Shown here: positions 36,439-45,087 of the stretch, in pieces
Layout: each line of letters begins with the position of its first letter
Position numbering within the stretch: the stretch's first letter is position 1
Origin: an archaeon GW2011_AR15
GTDB lineage: Archaea > Nanobdellota > Nanobdellia > Woesearchaeales > GW2011-AR15
NCBI GenBank assembly: GCA_000830295.1
Contig: CP010425.1
Span: forward strand, 832,001 to 896,000
DNA: 64,000 nucleotides
Reading direction: 5' to 3'
Notes under the pieces: generated by a model
The model's input: the letters and a program-made list of their open reading frames with translations, nothing else
The model's database searches: none
Told to the model about the DNA's origin: nothing
Translations under genes and position numbers: made by a program

Positions 36439-37701
36439 TTATATTACTTGTGCTCTCAGGTCAAAAGAAGTCACCTTTTTCACATCAACTTCAATTTCTT
36501 CTCCAATATTGAAATGCCCCTCTACAATTACAGGCTTATATGCATAATTTCTTCCTACAAGGCTTCCCTCCTTGCCCTGCTCATCTATGATTATCTCCCC
36601 TCTCCAGCCAATCCATTTCCTGTTGTTTTCCCTTGCTATCCTGTGGTAGAGCTTTGTGAGTTCAATGCTCCTGTTTTTTATTTCAAGAGTTGGCAGCTGT
36701 TTTTTCTTGGCAGCCACTGTCCCGGGCCTTGCCCAGAATCTTGAAATATTCATCACATCCGGCCTTGTTTTCTCAAGTATTCTAAGCGTCTCCAGAAAAT
36801 CTTCCCTAGTTTCCCCGGGGTAGCCGACAATTATGTCAGTTGCAATTGTTATGTCAGGATGGACTGCCCTGAATTTCTCTATTATCTTCACAAATGTTTC
36901 TGCCGTGTAATTCCTCTTCATTTTTTTAAGGACATTGTCTGAGCCTGCCTGTAGTGGGATATGCAGGAATTTGAACATCCTTTTGTCTTTAAAGACCTCA
37001 ATCAGCTCATCCAGGTAATCCGGCAGGAAGTCAGGGTTGCCCATCCCCAGCCTCACTTTGAACCCCCTCTTCATCTCAAATATCTTCTTCAAGAGAGCTA
37101 CTATAGTTGTTCCTATGTCATAGCCGTAGCATGCAGTATCCTGGCTTGTAAGCCAGATTTCTTTAGCCCCGTCATTCAGGGCATTTCTTATATGGCTGAC
37201 TATCTCTTCAGGCTGGTAAGATACAAGATGCCCCCTTGAGAACTTGGTGGCGCAGAAATTGCAGCTTCCGAGGCAGCCTTCATTTATTGGCACAATCTCA
37301 ACAATGCTGTTCTTCCTGACTTTTGGGATATTGAGCCTTCCTGTACTTTCTTTTTTGAAGAGCTGGACTGTATTGCCCGACAAAGTCTCATCCACAACTT
37401 CAACCACCGAATTTATCTGGTTGCTTCCGATTACAGAGAATCTCTCGAATTTGGATTTGTCGCGCTCTGCCTGCGGCACGCAGCCTGCAAGAATCTTTGT
37501 TTTCTTTATGTTTTTGAGATCCCTCCAGAACTTGTTTTCTGCCTTATTTTTTACAGTGCAGCTGTTTATTATCACAACATCAGCATCGCCTTCAGAATCA
37601 ACCAGCCTGTATCTTTGCGATTTGACCAGCAGGCCAGCCATATTCTCTGAGTCTGCCTGGTTAAAAGAGCATCCGTATGTCTTGATGAAGATTTTTTTCA
37701 T
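36439..37701 (-). CDS. tRNA methylthiotransferase (archaeal/eukaryotic MtaB-type, MiaB-like family)
   Basis: TYGCSFN, NSCTVK, AGCVPQ, GCLGSCNFC, C-terminal TRAM; start set to MKKIFIKT because the called extension overlaps the tRNA. Confidence 0.9.
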   Translation of the reverse strand: MKKIFIKTYGCSFNQADSENMAGLLVKSQRYRLVDSEGDADVVIINSCTVKNKAENKFWRDLKNIKKTKILAGCVPQAERDKSKFERFSVIGSNQINSVVEVVDETLSGNTVQLFKKESTGRLNIPKVRKNSIVEIVPINEGCLGSCNFCATKFSRGHLVSYQPEEIVSHIRNALNDGAKEIWLTSQDTACYGYDIGTTIVALLKKIFEMKRGFKVRLGMGNPDFLPDYLDELIEVFKDKRMFKFLHIPLQAGSDNVLKKMKRNYTAETFVKIIEKFRAVHPDITIATDIIVGYPGETREDFLETLRILEKTRPDVMNISRFWARPGTVAAKKKQLPTLEIKNRSIELTKLYHRIARENNRKWIGWRGEIIIDEQGKEGSLVGRNYAYKPVIVEGHFNIGEEIEVDVKKVTSFDLRAQVI

Positions 37702-37718
37702 TTTCCCTGAAAAATAAA

Positions 37719-37844
37719 TGCGGGTGAGGGGATTCGAGCCCCCGACCTCAGGATTTCTAGCGCGCATGAAATATCATCGCCTAACGGCTCATCACTCATA
37801 AGCATATGAGTCCTGCGCTATAGACCAAGCTAAGCTACACCCGC
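37719..37844 (-). tRNA. tRNA-Met(CAU), elongator type, with 50-nt intron at position 37/38 (37755-37804)
   Basis: Acceptor stem GCGGGTG/CACCCGC-A; anticodon arm CAGGA-CTCATA|A-TCCTG; T arm GGGGG-CTCGAAT-CCCCT; no encoded CCA. Confidence 0.9.
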
Positions 37845-37884
37845 TTAGTCCAGAAAGAATTCTATGAGTTTTATAAAAGTATTG

Positions 37885-38295
37885 CTATATACTCTCAATA
37901 ATTTTGTTTTTTACTGCTATCATCTCATCTTCACTATAGTCCTTCTTTGGCCAGTGCTTTAACCCGTCATTTTCAAATCTTGGGATTATATGGAAGTGTG
38001 TATGGAAAACAACCTGTCCGGCAACAGGTCCCGTGTTCGCAATGAAATTAAATCCTTCTGCACTTACTGCCTTCATCACAGCCGCGCTTATTTTCTTTGC
38101 TGCCTTCATCACAGCCGCCAGATCCTTATTATTGTCCTCCAGCATGTCCTTTGAATGCTTCTTTGGCACTATCAGGGTATGCCCTTTATTTGCAGGCGCA
38201 ATATCCAGGAAGGCCATAACATCCTTATCCTCATATACTTTTAATGTAGGTATTTTGCCTGCTATTATCTTACAAAATATACAATTTTCATCCAT
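37885..38295 (-). CDS. HIT family nucleotide hydrolase
   Basis: CIFC, FLDIAP, GHTLIVPKKH, GQVVFHTHFHIIPR. Confidence 0.95.
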   Translation of the reverse strand: MDENCIFCKIIAGKIPTLKVYEDKDVMAFLDIAPANKGHTLIVPKKHSKDMLEDNNKDLAAVMKAAKKISAAVMKAVSAEGFNFIANTGPVAGQVVFHTHFHIIPRFENDGLKHWPKKDYSEDEMIAVKNKIIESI

Positions 38296-38362
38296 TTTAC
38301 ATTCACCTTTTGATGCTTAATTTTGCTTTGTATTTAAACCTTTTTTCTAAGCGCAGTATTTT

Positions 38363-38514
38363 GTCTCAAAAATGTCTTATTTTTGTCTTTTTTTGTATCT
38401 TTCTCGTCTCAAAATTAAATTTGAGACACCCCTTCATTTCCTGTGGAACTTTGGCTGTTTTTTGAGTCTCAATCAGGTCTCAAAAAATTCTGAGAAGGTA
38501 TCAGTTTTGTCTCA
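38363..38514. repeat. Array of GTCTCA/TGAGAC hexamers in an AT-rich divergent intergenic region
   Basis: Exact copies at 38363, 38406, 38422 (inverted), 38466, 38477, 38509, plus near matches. Confidence 0.8.
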
Positions 38515-38529
38515 TCCATCACATAAAAA

Positions 38530-38537
38530 TTTATATA
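38530..38537 (+). promoter_or_regulatory. TATA box of the winged-helix gene
   Basis: AAAAA-TTTATATA about 24 bp before the ATG at 38561. Confidence 0.55.
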
Positions 38538-38560
38538 CTAGTTAATGATTTTTCATTTTC

Positions 38561-39019
38561 ATGTTCGGGGGCGATAGTGATAGAAATAGCATTGCGAAAG
38601 CTTTTTCCAAGATAACCGGAGATGTAGCGAAGCTCAGTGAAGAGCTAAACAGGCTTAAGCAGGACCACAGTAAACTTCTGGAAGAAAATATGGCCCTAAA
38701 AAAGCAGATTTCAGCCAATTCTTTTTCTTTTGACAGAGAGATGATAGGCAGCATTGTTAAAGAAACCCTAAAGCATGCGCCGAGCAGCAATAGCCTGATG
38801 AAAAAATTCAACAAGAAAAGAAAAAGCATCCTGACTGTAAGGATAAGCAACCTTGCAATGCACCAGAACCTTACTCTCCCGGAGATAAAAGAGATTGTAG
38901 TTGACCAGGAAGCATTATGCTCAAAAGCAACTTTCTACAGGTATGTTGACAGGATGAAATCAAGAGGCATGCTTGACTTTGTCAAGATAAATGAAATGGA
39001 CATTGTTGTCAAGGCCTAA
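38561..39019 (+). CDS. Coiled-coil plus winged-helix DNA-binding protein
   Basis: N-terminal heptad helix; C-terminal LTLPEIKEIVV…CSKATFYRYVDRMKSRGML wHTH. Confidence 0.7.
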   Translation: MFGGDSDRNSIAKAFSKITGDVAKLSEELNRLKQDHSKLLEENMALKKQISANSFSFDREMIGSIVKETLKHAPSSNSLMKKFNKKRKSILTVRISNLAMHQNLTLPEIKEIVVDQEALCSKATFYRYVDRMKSRGMLDFVKINEMDIVVKA

Positions 39020-39039
39020 GTAAATATTAAGAAAATAAA

Positions 39040-39600
39040 TTAATAATACTCTTCATTGAAGTCAAACTCTATATCAACAAGGTTGTCTACAGGAATCTCG
39101 TTTTCTCTCTTCACTGCATTTGACCTTCTGAAATAATAGACTTCATACAGGAACTCCTCTCCGATTTCTTTCAGACCGAGCCTTTCTTCTATCTGCTCAA
39201 TAACCTTCTTTTCCTGGACAACATATTTTTCGTGTATCACTATGTCCACTCTTACATGGGGATCAAATTTCACGTAAAGGAAATTCTTTATGTTTTCGTC
39301 ATCTATTGTGAAAGTCCATTTCTCCAGGAATTCCTCCTTGTAGACACGCTTAAGCATTATTCCCTGGCGGCTTCTGAAAAGCGACGTATCTCTCTTAAGC
39401 CTGTTTATGAGCTTGAGGGCCTGCTTCCTGTCTTCTATAAAATGCTCGGATATAAGGTTGGACGAATCTCCGTCAATCCTTGTCTTGAAAACTTCCCACC
39501 CGTTATTCCTTTTTCTGGCCTCTATCTTGATTTTATGCTTCTTCGTCTCGTTTTCAAACACAATAATATCATTAGATTCAGCAATTTTTTTCCATGTCAT
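39040..39600 (-). CDS. Hypothetical protein
   Basis: 186-aa ORF with SD-like GGAGGG upstream and normal composition. Confidence 0.65.
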   Translation of the reverse strand: MTWKKIAESNDIIVFENETKKHKIKIEARKRNNGWEVFKTRIDGDSSNLISEHFIEDRKQALKLINRLKRDTSLFRSRQGIMLKRVYKEEFLEKWTFTIDDENIKNFLYVKFDPHVRVDIVIHEKYVVQEKKVIEQIEERLGLKEIGEEFLYEVYYFRRSNAVKRENEIPVDNLVDIEFDFNEEYY

Positions 39601-39718
39601 GAATTAGCCCTCCACACAATTCCTCTTTTAAATAGTTAATATGAATTTAAATCTTTTCCTTTAGTTCTCTCTTTCACATCGATAGCTTTTTAAAGACCTG
39701 TTTTTTCTGCTATAGGAT

Positions 39719-40240
39719 ATGGCAAAATTAAGAAAATTTGTCTGCTACAGGAAGCTTGAAAGGCCTAATACAAGGAAATCCAAGTACAGAAAGAAATCTT
39801 TCGTGAGGGGAGCGCCTATGTGCAGGATAGTCAAGTTCAATGTAGGAAACCTTACAAAGGAATTTCCCTACAGGGTTGACCTTTGCACAAAAGACAATAT
39901 GCAGATAAGGGACAATGCCATAGAATCAGCCCGTCTTGTTGCAAACAGGACACTTGAAAAGGTTCTTGGGAAATCAGGCTTCAGGCTTCAGGTAAGGGTT
40001 TATCCCCACCATGTCCTGAGGGAGCACGCACTGGCATCTGGGGCAGGAGCTGACAGGTTTAGCTCAGGTATGGCGCATTCATTTGGAAAACCAGTGGGGA
40101 ATGCCGCACAGCTAAGAACAGGACAGGCAATACTTTCAGCATATATCAATGAGAATAACCTTGATCTGGCAAGGACCGCATTCAAAAAGTCTATTCACAA
40201 GCTGCCATGCAGGGGTACAATAAAAGTCATCAAGCTTTAG
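39719..40240 (+). CDS. rpl10e: 50S ribosomal protein uL16 (L10e)
   Basis: QIRDNAIESAR, VYPHHVLRE..LA.GAGADR…GM..SFGKP.G.AA, KLP. Confidence 0.96.
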   Translation: MAKLRKFVCYRKLERPNTRKSKYRKKSFVRGAPMCRIVKFNVGNLTKEFPYRVDLCTKDNMQIRDNAIESARLVANRTLEKVLGKSGFRLQVRVYPHHVLREHALASGAGADRFSSGMAHSFGKPVGNAAQLRTGQAILSAYINENNLDLARTAFKKSIHKLPCRGTIKVIKL

Positions 40241-41192
40241 ATTTGATTATAAGTTCTTTTCTTATTGTTTCGATATCTTTTATATCAGGATATTTATCTT
40301 TGATTTCCTCTATTATCTTCCTGTCTGCAATATCAGTCTTGCTCATGTACAGCAGGATTTCTTTGCCGGTCTTTTTTAATTTACTAAGCAGTTTCTCCTG
40401 TTCATCAAGAGGAGTTTCCAGCCTAGGGTCAAACACATAGATAACTAAATCTGCCAGGTATTTCAGCGCAAGATAAGCCTGCATCTCTATATAATTCATC
40501 TTGTCAACCCTGTTTAAAGTGCCGGGAGTATCTATTATCTGGACAGAAATTCCTGGTTCTCGTATATAGCCAAGATTGAGTTTCTTTGTCGTGAAGGCAT
40601 ACGCCTTTATTTCAGGAGTTGCAGTTGTCAGTTTGCTGAGGAGAGTGGATTTGCCTGCATTCGGGAAGCCAAAAAGGCAGACAGTGAACATTGAGGTTTT
40701 CACTGCAGGATAGCCTTTCATTGTTTTTCTTGCTTCTTCCAGATAATTAAGATTGGTCTTTATCTGTTTCAGCACGCTGGAAACCCTTCCATAGTATTCC
40801 CTTCTCAGCCTGTTCATTACCCCGAAATCATTTGTCCTGTTTATCTTGTGCATATATGATTTTGATAGCTCAGATACCTTATCGACAGCCCATTTTACAG
40901 CGCCAAGGGATTTCTTCAAATCACTGTAATCAAGAGTCAGCTTTATGAGCTCATTATAGAATGGGTCAAGCCTGTCAATGCTGGGGAATGAAGTCAGGAT
41001 AGCCTGCAGATGCTCACTGAGCACAGATCTTATAACTTCCAGCTTTGCAGTCTCAAGCTTCTTTGACTTTGCAAGCCTGTCGCTTCCTTTTGCCCTCTGC
41101 CTCAATTCATTTGCAGCAGCAGTTGCCCTTCTGAAAGCCACATCAAGATAAAAATCAGCAGCTTCTATTTTCTTGAGATCCTGGAAATTCAT
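40230..41192 (-). CDS. NOG1 family GTPase
   Basis: FPSIDRLDPFY helical domain; GFPNAGKS, YAFTTK, DTPG, SKTD. Confidence 0.92.
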   Translation of the reverse strand: MNFQDLKKIEAADFYLDVAFRRATAAANELRQRAKGSDRLAKSKKLETAKLEVIRSVLSEHLQAILTSFPSIDRLDPFYNELIKLTLDYSDLKKSLGAVKWAVDKVSELSKSYMHKINRTNDFGVMNRLRREYYGRVSSVLKQIKTNLNYLEEARKTMKGYPAVKTSMFTVCLFGFPNAGKSTLLSKLTTATPEIKAYAFTTKKLNLGYIREPGISVQIIDTPGTLNRVDKMNYIEMQAYLALKYLADLVIYVFDPRLETPLDEQEKLLSKLKKTGKEILLYMSKTDIADRKIIEEIKDKYPDIKDIETIRKELIIKSKA

Positions 41193-41265
41193 GTATAGTG
41201 GAGATTGCGGTTAGTTTATATGTTTTTAGTTAAATTTTATATATAAGAATTTATGACCATCGGGG

Positions 41266-42165
41266 ATGGATACGTTTTATGACAAAATAGACACTGTAAG
41301 GACGTATATTGAAATAGACCCTGAAGAGAGATTTGTCGATTATGTTAAGCTTGGAACAGGAGATACAAAGATCCCTGCGTTCGATGAAAAAGCGCATCTG
41401 AAGCCTGAATTCACAGGGTTCGTAAGCATTAGGGGCCATCATGGACTTATTGAGATAAGTGATTATGTCAGCGCCTGCAGGGATACAATCACGATGTGGG
41501 AGATTCTGGGAAAAAGCATGGTTCTGCAGCCCAGAATAATAGAGGGGGATTATATGTACATCGAAAACGGCATAGGCAAGTATATGCAGGTTCCTTTGGA
41601 AATTAAGCAGAACAGAGCATCTGCAAGCAGCATATATGTTCAGGACAACTGTATTGTGACTGAAGACTATTTTTCTGAGATAGACAGAGAAGCAGGCATG
41701 AGAATAGGCGGGAACGATCTGCCGCTGAAATTTGGACTCAGGGAATATCTCTTTAATCTTGGAAGGTGGCACATTAATGCGAAAATAACGACTTATAATC
41801 CTCCCTACGGTGGGCCGGAGAATTCTGTCTGGATTGATTTTTCACTGCCTGAGATTAAAAATGGCAGGCACATATGCCAGAGGGAAAACCATCACATAAT
41901 AAGCCTGATGGAATCAGGAGGAGATAGTAATTATAATGCCATACTTGATGAGATGGAGGCATTAGGCAGCTCTATGTTCAGCAGCATGGAGAATATAATA
42001 AAAGCTCTGGGCACAATAAGAATCTACCAAGATTCCAGGATTTATGATGAGGCATGCCAGGAAAAAAACGGGCTTACAAATGTTCCGCTGATGCCTCCAA
42101 CAGAAGAATTCCTTTCCATGACTTTCGAGGACGCAATATCTTTTTTTAAGGATACTTTTATATAA
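41266..42165 (+). CDS. Hypothetical protein
   Basis: 299-aa ORF with upstream TATA-like TTTTATATAT; no recognised motif. Confidence 0.6.
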   Translation: MDTFYDKIDTVRTYIEIDPEERFVDYVKLGTGDTKIPAFDEKAHLKPEFTGFVSIRGHHGLIEISDYVSACRDTITMWEILGKSMVLQPRIIEGDYMYIENGIGKYMQVPLEIKQNRASASSIYVQDNCIVTEDYFSEIDREAGMRIGGNDLPLKFGLREYLFNLGRWHINAKITTYNPPYGGPENSVWIDFSLPEIKNGRHICQRENHHIISLMESGGDSNYNAILDEMEALGSSMFSSMENIIKALGTIRIYQDSRIYDEACQEKNGLTNVPLMPPTEEFLSMTFEDAISFFKDTFI

Positions 42166-42186
42166 CCGGGTATTCTGGCTTAATTT

Positions 42187-42771
42187 ATGAAACTTTATAT
42201 TGTTACCACGAACAAACATAAGGTACAGGAAGCAAAGGATGTTTTTTCTGAATTCGGGATTGAAGTCGAGCAGATAAATGAGGAGAAATACGAGCCGAAG
42301 GAGTTTGATTTAAAGAAGACAGCAGAATACAATGCAGACATATTTTATAAAAAATACAAAAAGCCGATTATAGTTGATGACACCGGGGTTTTCTTCAAAG
42401 CATACAAAGAATTCCCGGGTAACCACCCCAAGCTTATGTTTGAGACTCTTGGGTATAAAGGCCTTCTTAAATTACTGGAGCATGAAGCCAGAGAGGTTCA
42501 GTTCAGGACAGTTATTGGCTATTGCGATGCAAATGGGGTAAGGACATTTGAAGGAGTGCTTGACTGCACTGCAGACACAGAAGTCCATGACATGGATAAA
42601 GATGTTCTGCCCTATGAGAGAATCCTTCTTGTTGATGGAACACCGATATCATCAATGTCAAGGGCAGACAAGAATAAAATATCACACAGGGCAAAAGCGT
42701 TCAGGAAGACTGCTGGGTGGCTGAGAGCCAACGAAAATGATAGAAAGGGCAAGGTGCGCTTTTCCCGCTGA
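42187..42771 (+). CDS. rdgB: Non-canonical purine NTP pyrophosphatase (Ham1/RdgB)
   Basis: TTNKHKVQE, VDDTG, FPG, KNKISHRAKA. Confidence 0.9.
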   Translation: MKLYIVTTNKHKVQEAKDVFSEFGIEVEQINEEKYEPKEFDLKKTAEYNADIFYKKYKKPIIVDDTGVFFKAYKEFPGNHPKLMFETLGYKGLLKLLEHEAREVQFRTVIGYCDANGVRTFEGVLDCTADTEVHDMDKDVLPYERILLVDGTPISSMSRADKNKISHRAKAFRKTAGWLRANENDRKGKVRFSR

Positions 42772-42844
42772 ATCTGCTATTCTCGGAAAACAAAAAATTT
42801 AAATAGTATATTAAGAGATATAAGATAAAAAAGAGGTTGGTGAA

Positions 42845-43402
42845 ATGCATAAGATGCGCAAAGGGTCCTTAGATCTTTCAATTAATTCAATCGTGGTTCT
42901 TATTCTGGCAGTTACCCTGCTTAGCCTGGGCCTGACTTTTATCAACAGGAGCTTTGGCGGAGCAACAGAGCAGCTTGAGAAATCCCTACAGGGGATAAGC
43001 GAGGACAGGAAGACACAGTTAAGGGAGAAATGTGTTGACGACCTGTGCCTTGAAACAACATCAATAGTCCTGCCAAGAAACAAGAAAGAGACGATACTTA
43101 TGGTTCTGAATAACAAGCTTGACTGCGATGTTGATGCTGAGATAGTCATTAATACAAACAACTGCCAGATAATAGGGAATACAAGGCCAAGTGCCAGCGA
43201 GTGCAGCGCAGTTGTTCTGAGCACATTTGAAGAACAGAGAGTAGGCTCAAAACAAAAAGAAATAGTTCCCCTTGAGATAAATCCTAAAAATAATGCAGAG
43301 ACTACAACATACAGATATGAAATAGGCGTTGAAGGGTCATGCTCAAGATCGTCAGAAAACAGGATGGCAGGCACAGAATACCTGGATGTGATTGTTGAAT
43401 GA
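42845..43402 (+). CDS. Class III signal-peptide (pilin-like) protein
   Basis: RKG|SLDLSINSIVVLILA; Cys-containing beta-rich C-terminus. Confidence 0.75.
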   Translation: MHKMRKGSLDLSINSIVVLILAVTLLSLGLTFINRSFGGATEQLEKSLQGISEDRKTQLREKCVDDLCLETTSIVLPRNKKETILMVLNNKLDCDVDAEIVINTNNCQIIGNTRPSASECSAVVLSTFEEQRVGSKQKEIVPLEINPKNNAETTTYRYEIGVEGSCSRSSENRMAGTEYLDVIVE

Positions 43403-43623
43403 AAAAAATGAAAAAGCGCCTGACGCAGGCAGAGGAGTTTGACATACTAAAGCTGGTTCTTGACAAGATATTGTGGTTTGGCTTTGCAGTCATGGGCTAT
43501 GGGTTCTATCTTTCAGTAGTTTCCCTTGAAATGGCCCGAGGCATGTCATTTGTACTGGGGGGAGCTGTGGTGCTGGTCCTGTTCATGTTCCTTTTAATCA
43601 AGGAATATGAGGTAGTAAAGTGA
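43399..43623 (+). CDS. Small two-TM membrane protein
   Basis: EEFDILKLVLDKILW…KEYE; overlaps both neighbours. Confidence 0.7.
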   Translation: MKKMKKRLTQAEEFDILKLVLDKILWFGFAVMGYGFYLSVVSLEMARGMSFVLGGAVVLVLFMFLLIKEYEVVK

Positions 43624-44192
43624 TGGATAAGAAGGGATTTGAGCTCTCAGCGACTTTCCTTGTCGGTCTTATTTTAGGTATAATCCTCTTCAGCCTTGGC
43701 ATGATTTTCGTCTTTAGGCTTCTCGGAGGTGTTGATGACATACAGGTTGCCGGTCTTCCAGGCTATTTTGAAACAGAGGCAGAAAACTGCGTTGAGAGGA
43801 ATGAGATGGTCTGCGTGCCGAAAATAAAAGCAGACCTCCAGACCACAAAATCAGAATCTTTCGGAGTGATTGTAAACAATATATACGGTTCTGCAAGGAA
43901 ATTTAAGCTGCACGTAAGGTTCAGGGGAGGCATTACAGAGCAGGGAGAGGAGATAAACTCTGTAGATATAAGCCAATGGACTTTTACTGATTTCAGTGAG
44001 GTTTTTCTTGAAAACAACAACTATAAGATTGTAGAAGTGCCAATGAGGCCTCCAAGAGGCACTCTGCCTGGGGATTATATATTTAATGTTGATGTCTGCT
44101 TCAATGCCAATGACAATCTATCCGGAAAATGCAGTGCAGGCTATCCTTCCCTTTACGGATTGACGCATCAGGTAACAATAACAGTGATATAA
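43620..44192 (+). CDS. Class III signal-peptide (pilin-like) protein
   Basis: KKG|FELSATFLVGLILG; Ig-like C-terminus (PGDYIFNVDVC). Confidence 0.75.
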   Translation: MMDKKGFELSATFLVGLILGIILFSLGMIFVFRLLGGVDDIQVAGLPGYFETEAENCVERNEMVCVPKIKADLQTTKSESFGVIVNNIYGSARKFKLHVRFRGGITEQGEEINSVDISQWTFTDFSEVFLENNNYKIVEVPMRPPRGTLPGDYIFNVDVCFNANDNLSGKCSAGYPSLYGLTHQVTITVI

Positions 44193-44195
44193 GGA

Positions 44196-44945
44196 TTATT
44201 TCTTCAGCTTGTATAGCTGATAAATGCTTAAACCAAGCAGGCTGATGCTTAGCAGCTGCACGAGGCTTAATCCAAGAACATCTACATAAAGCGGAGCCCG
44301 GAAGAATTCAGTTATAAGCCTGAGGATGCTGTATCCTGCAATGAAAGACCATATCAGGAAGCCATGCTTTCTTTTTCTTCTGTTAAGGTAAAGCATCATG
44401 CCGAACAGGACCAGCATTGAGAAGGATTCATACAATTGCGCAGGATGCCTGCATACATCATCAATTTTTTGGTAGACAACACACCATGGCAGATTTGTTG
44501 CTGTGCCTATGTGCTCAGAATTCATAAAATTGGCTATCCTTCCAAAAACCAGTATAAGCGGGAATGGAACAGAAAGGGTATCAAGGATATGCATCATGCT
44601 TACTTTATGCTTTTTGCAGTAGAAATAAACAGCAAGCACACCTCCCAGGATGCCGCCATGAAAAGCCAGCCCACCATTCCATATGGCAAATACTCCAAGC
44701 AGGTTATTTGCATAAAGAGGAAAGTCAGTAATGACATGCACCAGCCTTGCGCCTATAAGCCCGAACACCAGCATGTAGATGATTACGTCAACTGCCTTGT
44801 CTTTGTTGAGGTTCTTTATCTTATGTGCGTTCTTAGATAATATATAAGTAAGCAGGATAAAGCCTAAGGCGTAGACTATACCGTAAAATCTTATTGAGAA
44901 CGGACCAACAGAAACAAGATCCGGGTTTATATTATTTATGAACAT
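44196..44945 (-). CDS. lgt: Prolipoprotein diacylglyceryl transferase
   Basis: IRFYG, GARL.HV, GGLAFHGG, GRIANFMNSE, RHPAQLYE, Y…R…EFFR. Confidence 0.93.
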   Translation of the reverse strand: MFINNINPDLVSVGPFSIRFYGIVYALGFILLTYILSKNAHKIKNLNKDKAVDVIIYMLVFGLIGARLVHVITDFPLYANNLLGVFAIWNGGLAFHGGILGGVLAVYFYCKKHKVSMMHILDTLSVPFPLILVFGRIANFMNSEHIGTATNLPWCVVYQKIDDVCRHPAQLYESFSMLVLFGMMLYLNRRKRKHGFLIWSFIAGYSILRLITEFFRAPLYVDVLGLSLVQLLSISLLGLSIYQLYKLKK

Positions 44946-45087
44946 TTTTACCTGTGAATCAATCTCAATATTTATATCTTTCCAGGATATGGTATTACTG
45001 TCGAGTTACCAAAGTTACCACAATCTTTTTATATTAGCTATTATTCAACAGTTTAACTAGTAGTCATATCTTAAGGGGGAGAAAACT

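Noticed and set aside
37702-37767. N-terminal extension of the methylthiotransferase ORF
   Set aside because: It overlaps the tRNA 3' half; the family-typical start is at 37701
38363-38514. Possible CRISPR array
   Set aside because: Repeats are only 6 bp, irregularly spaced and in both orientations; no cas genes
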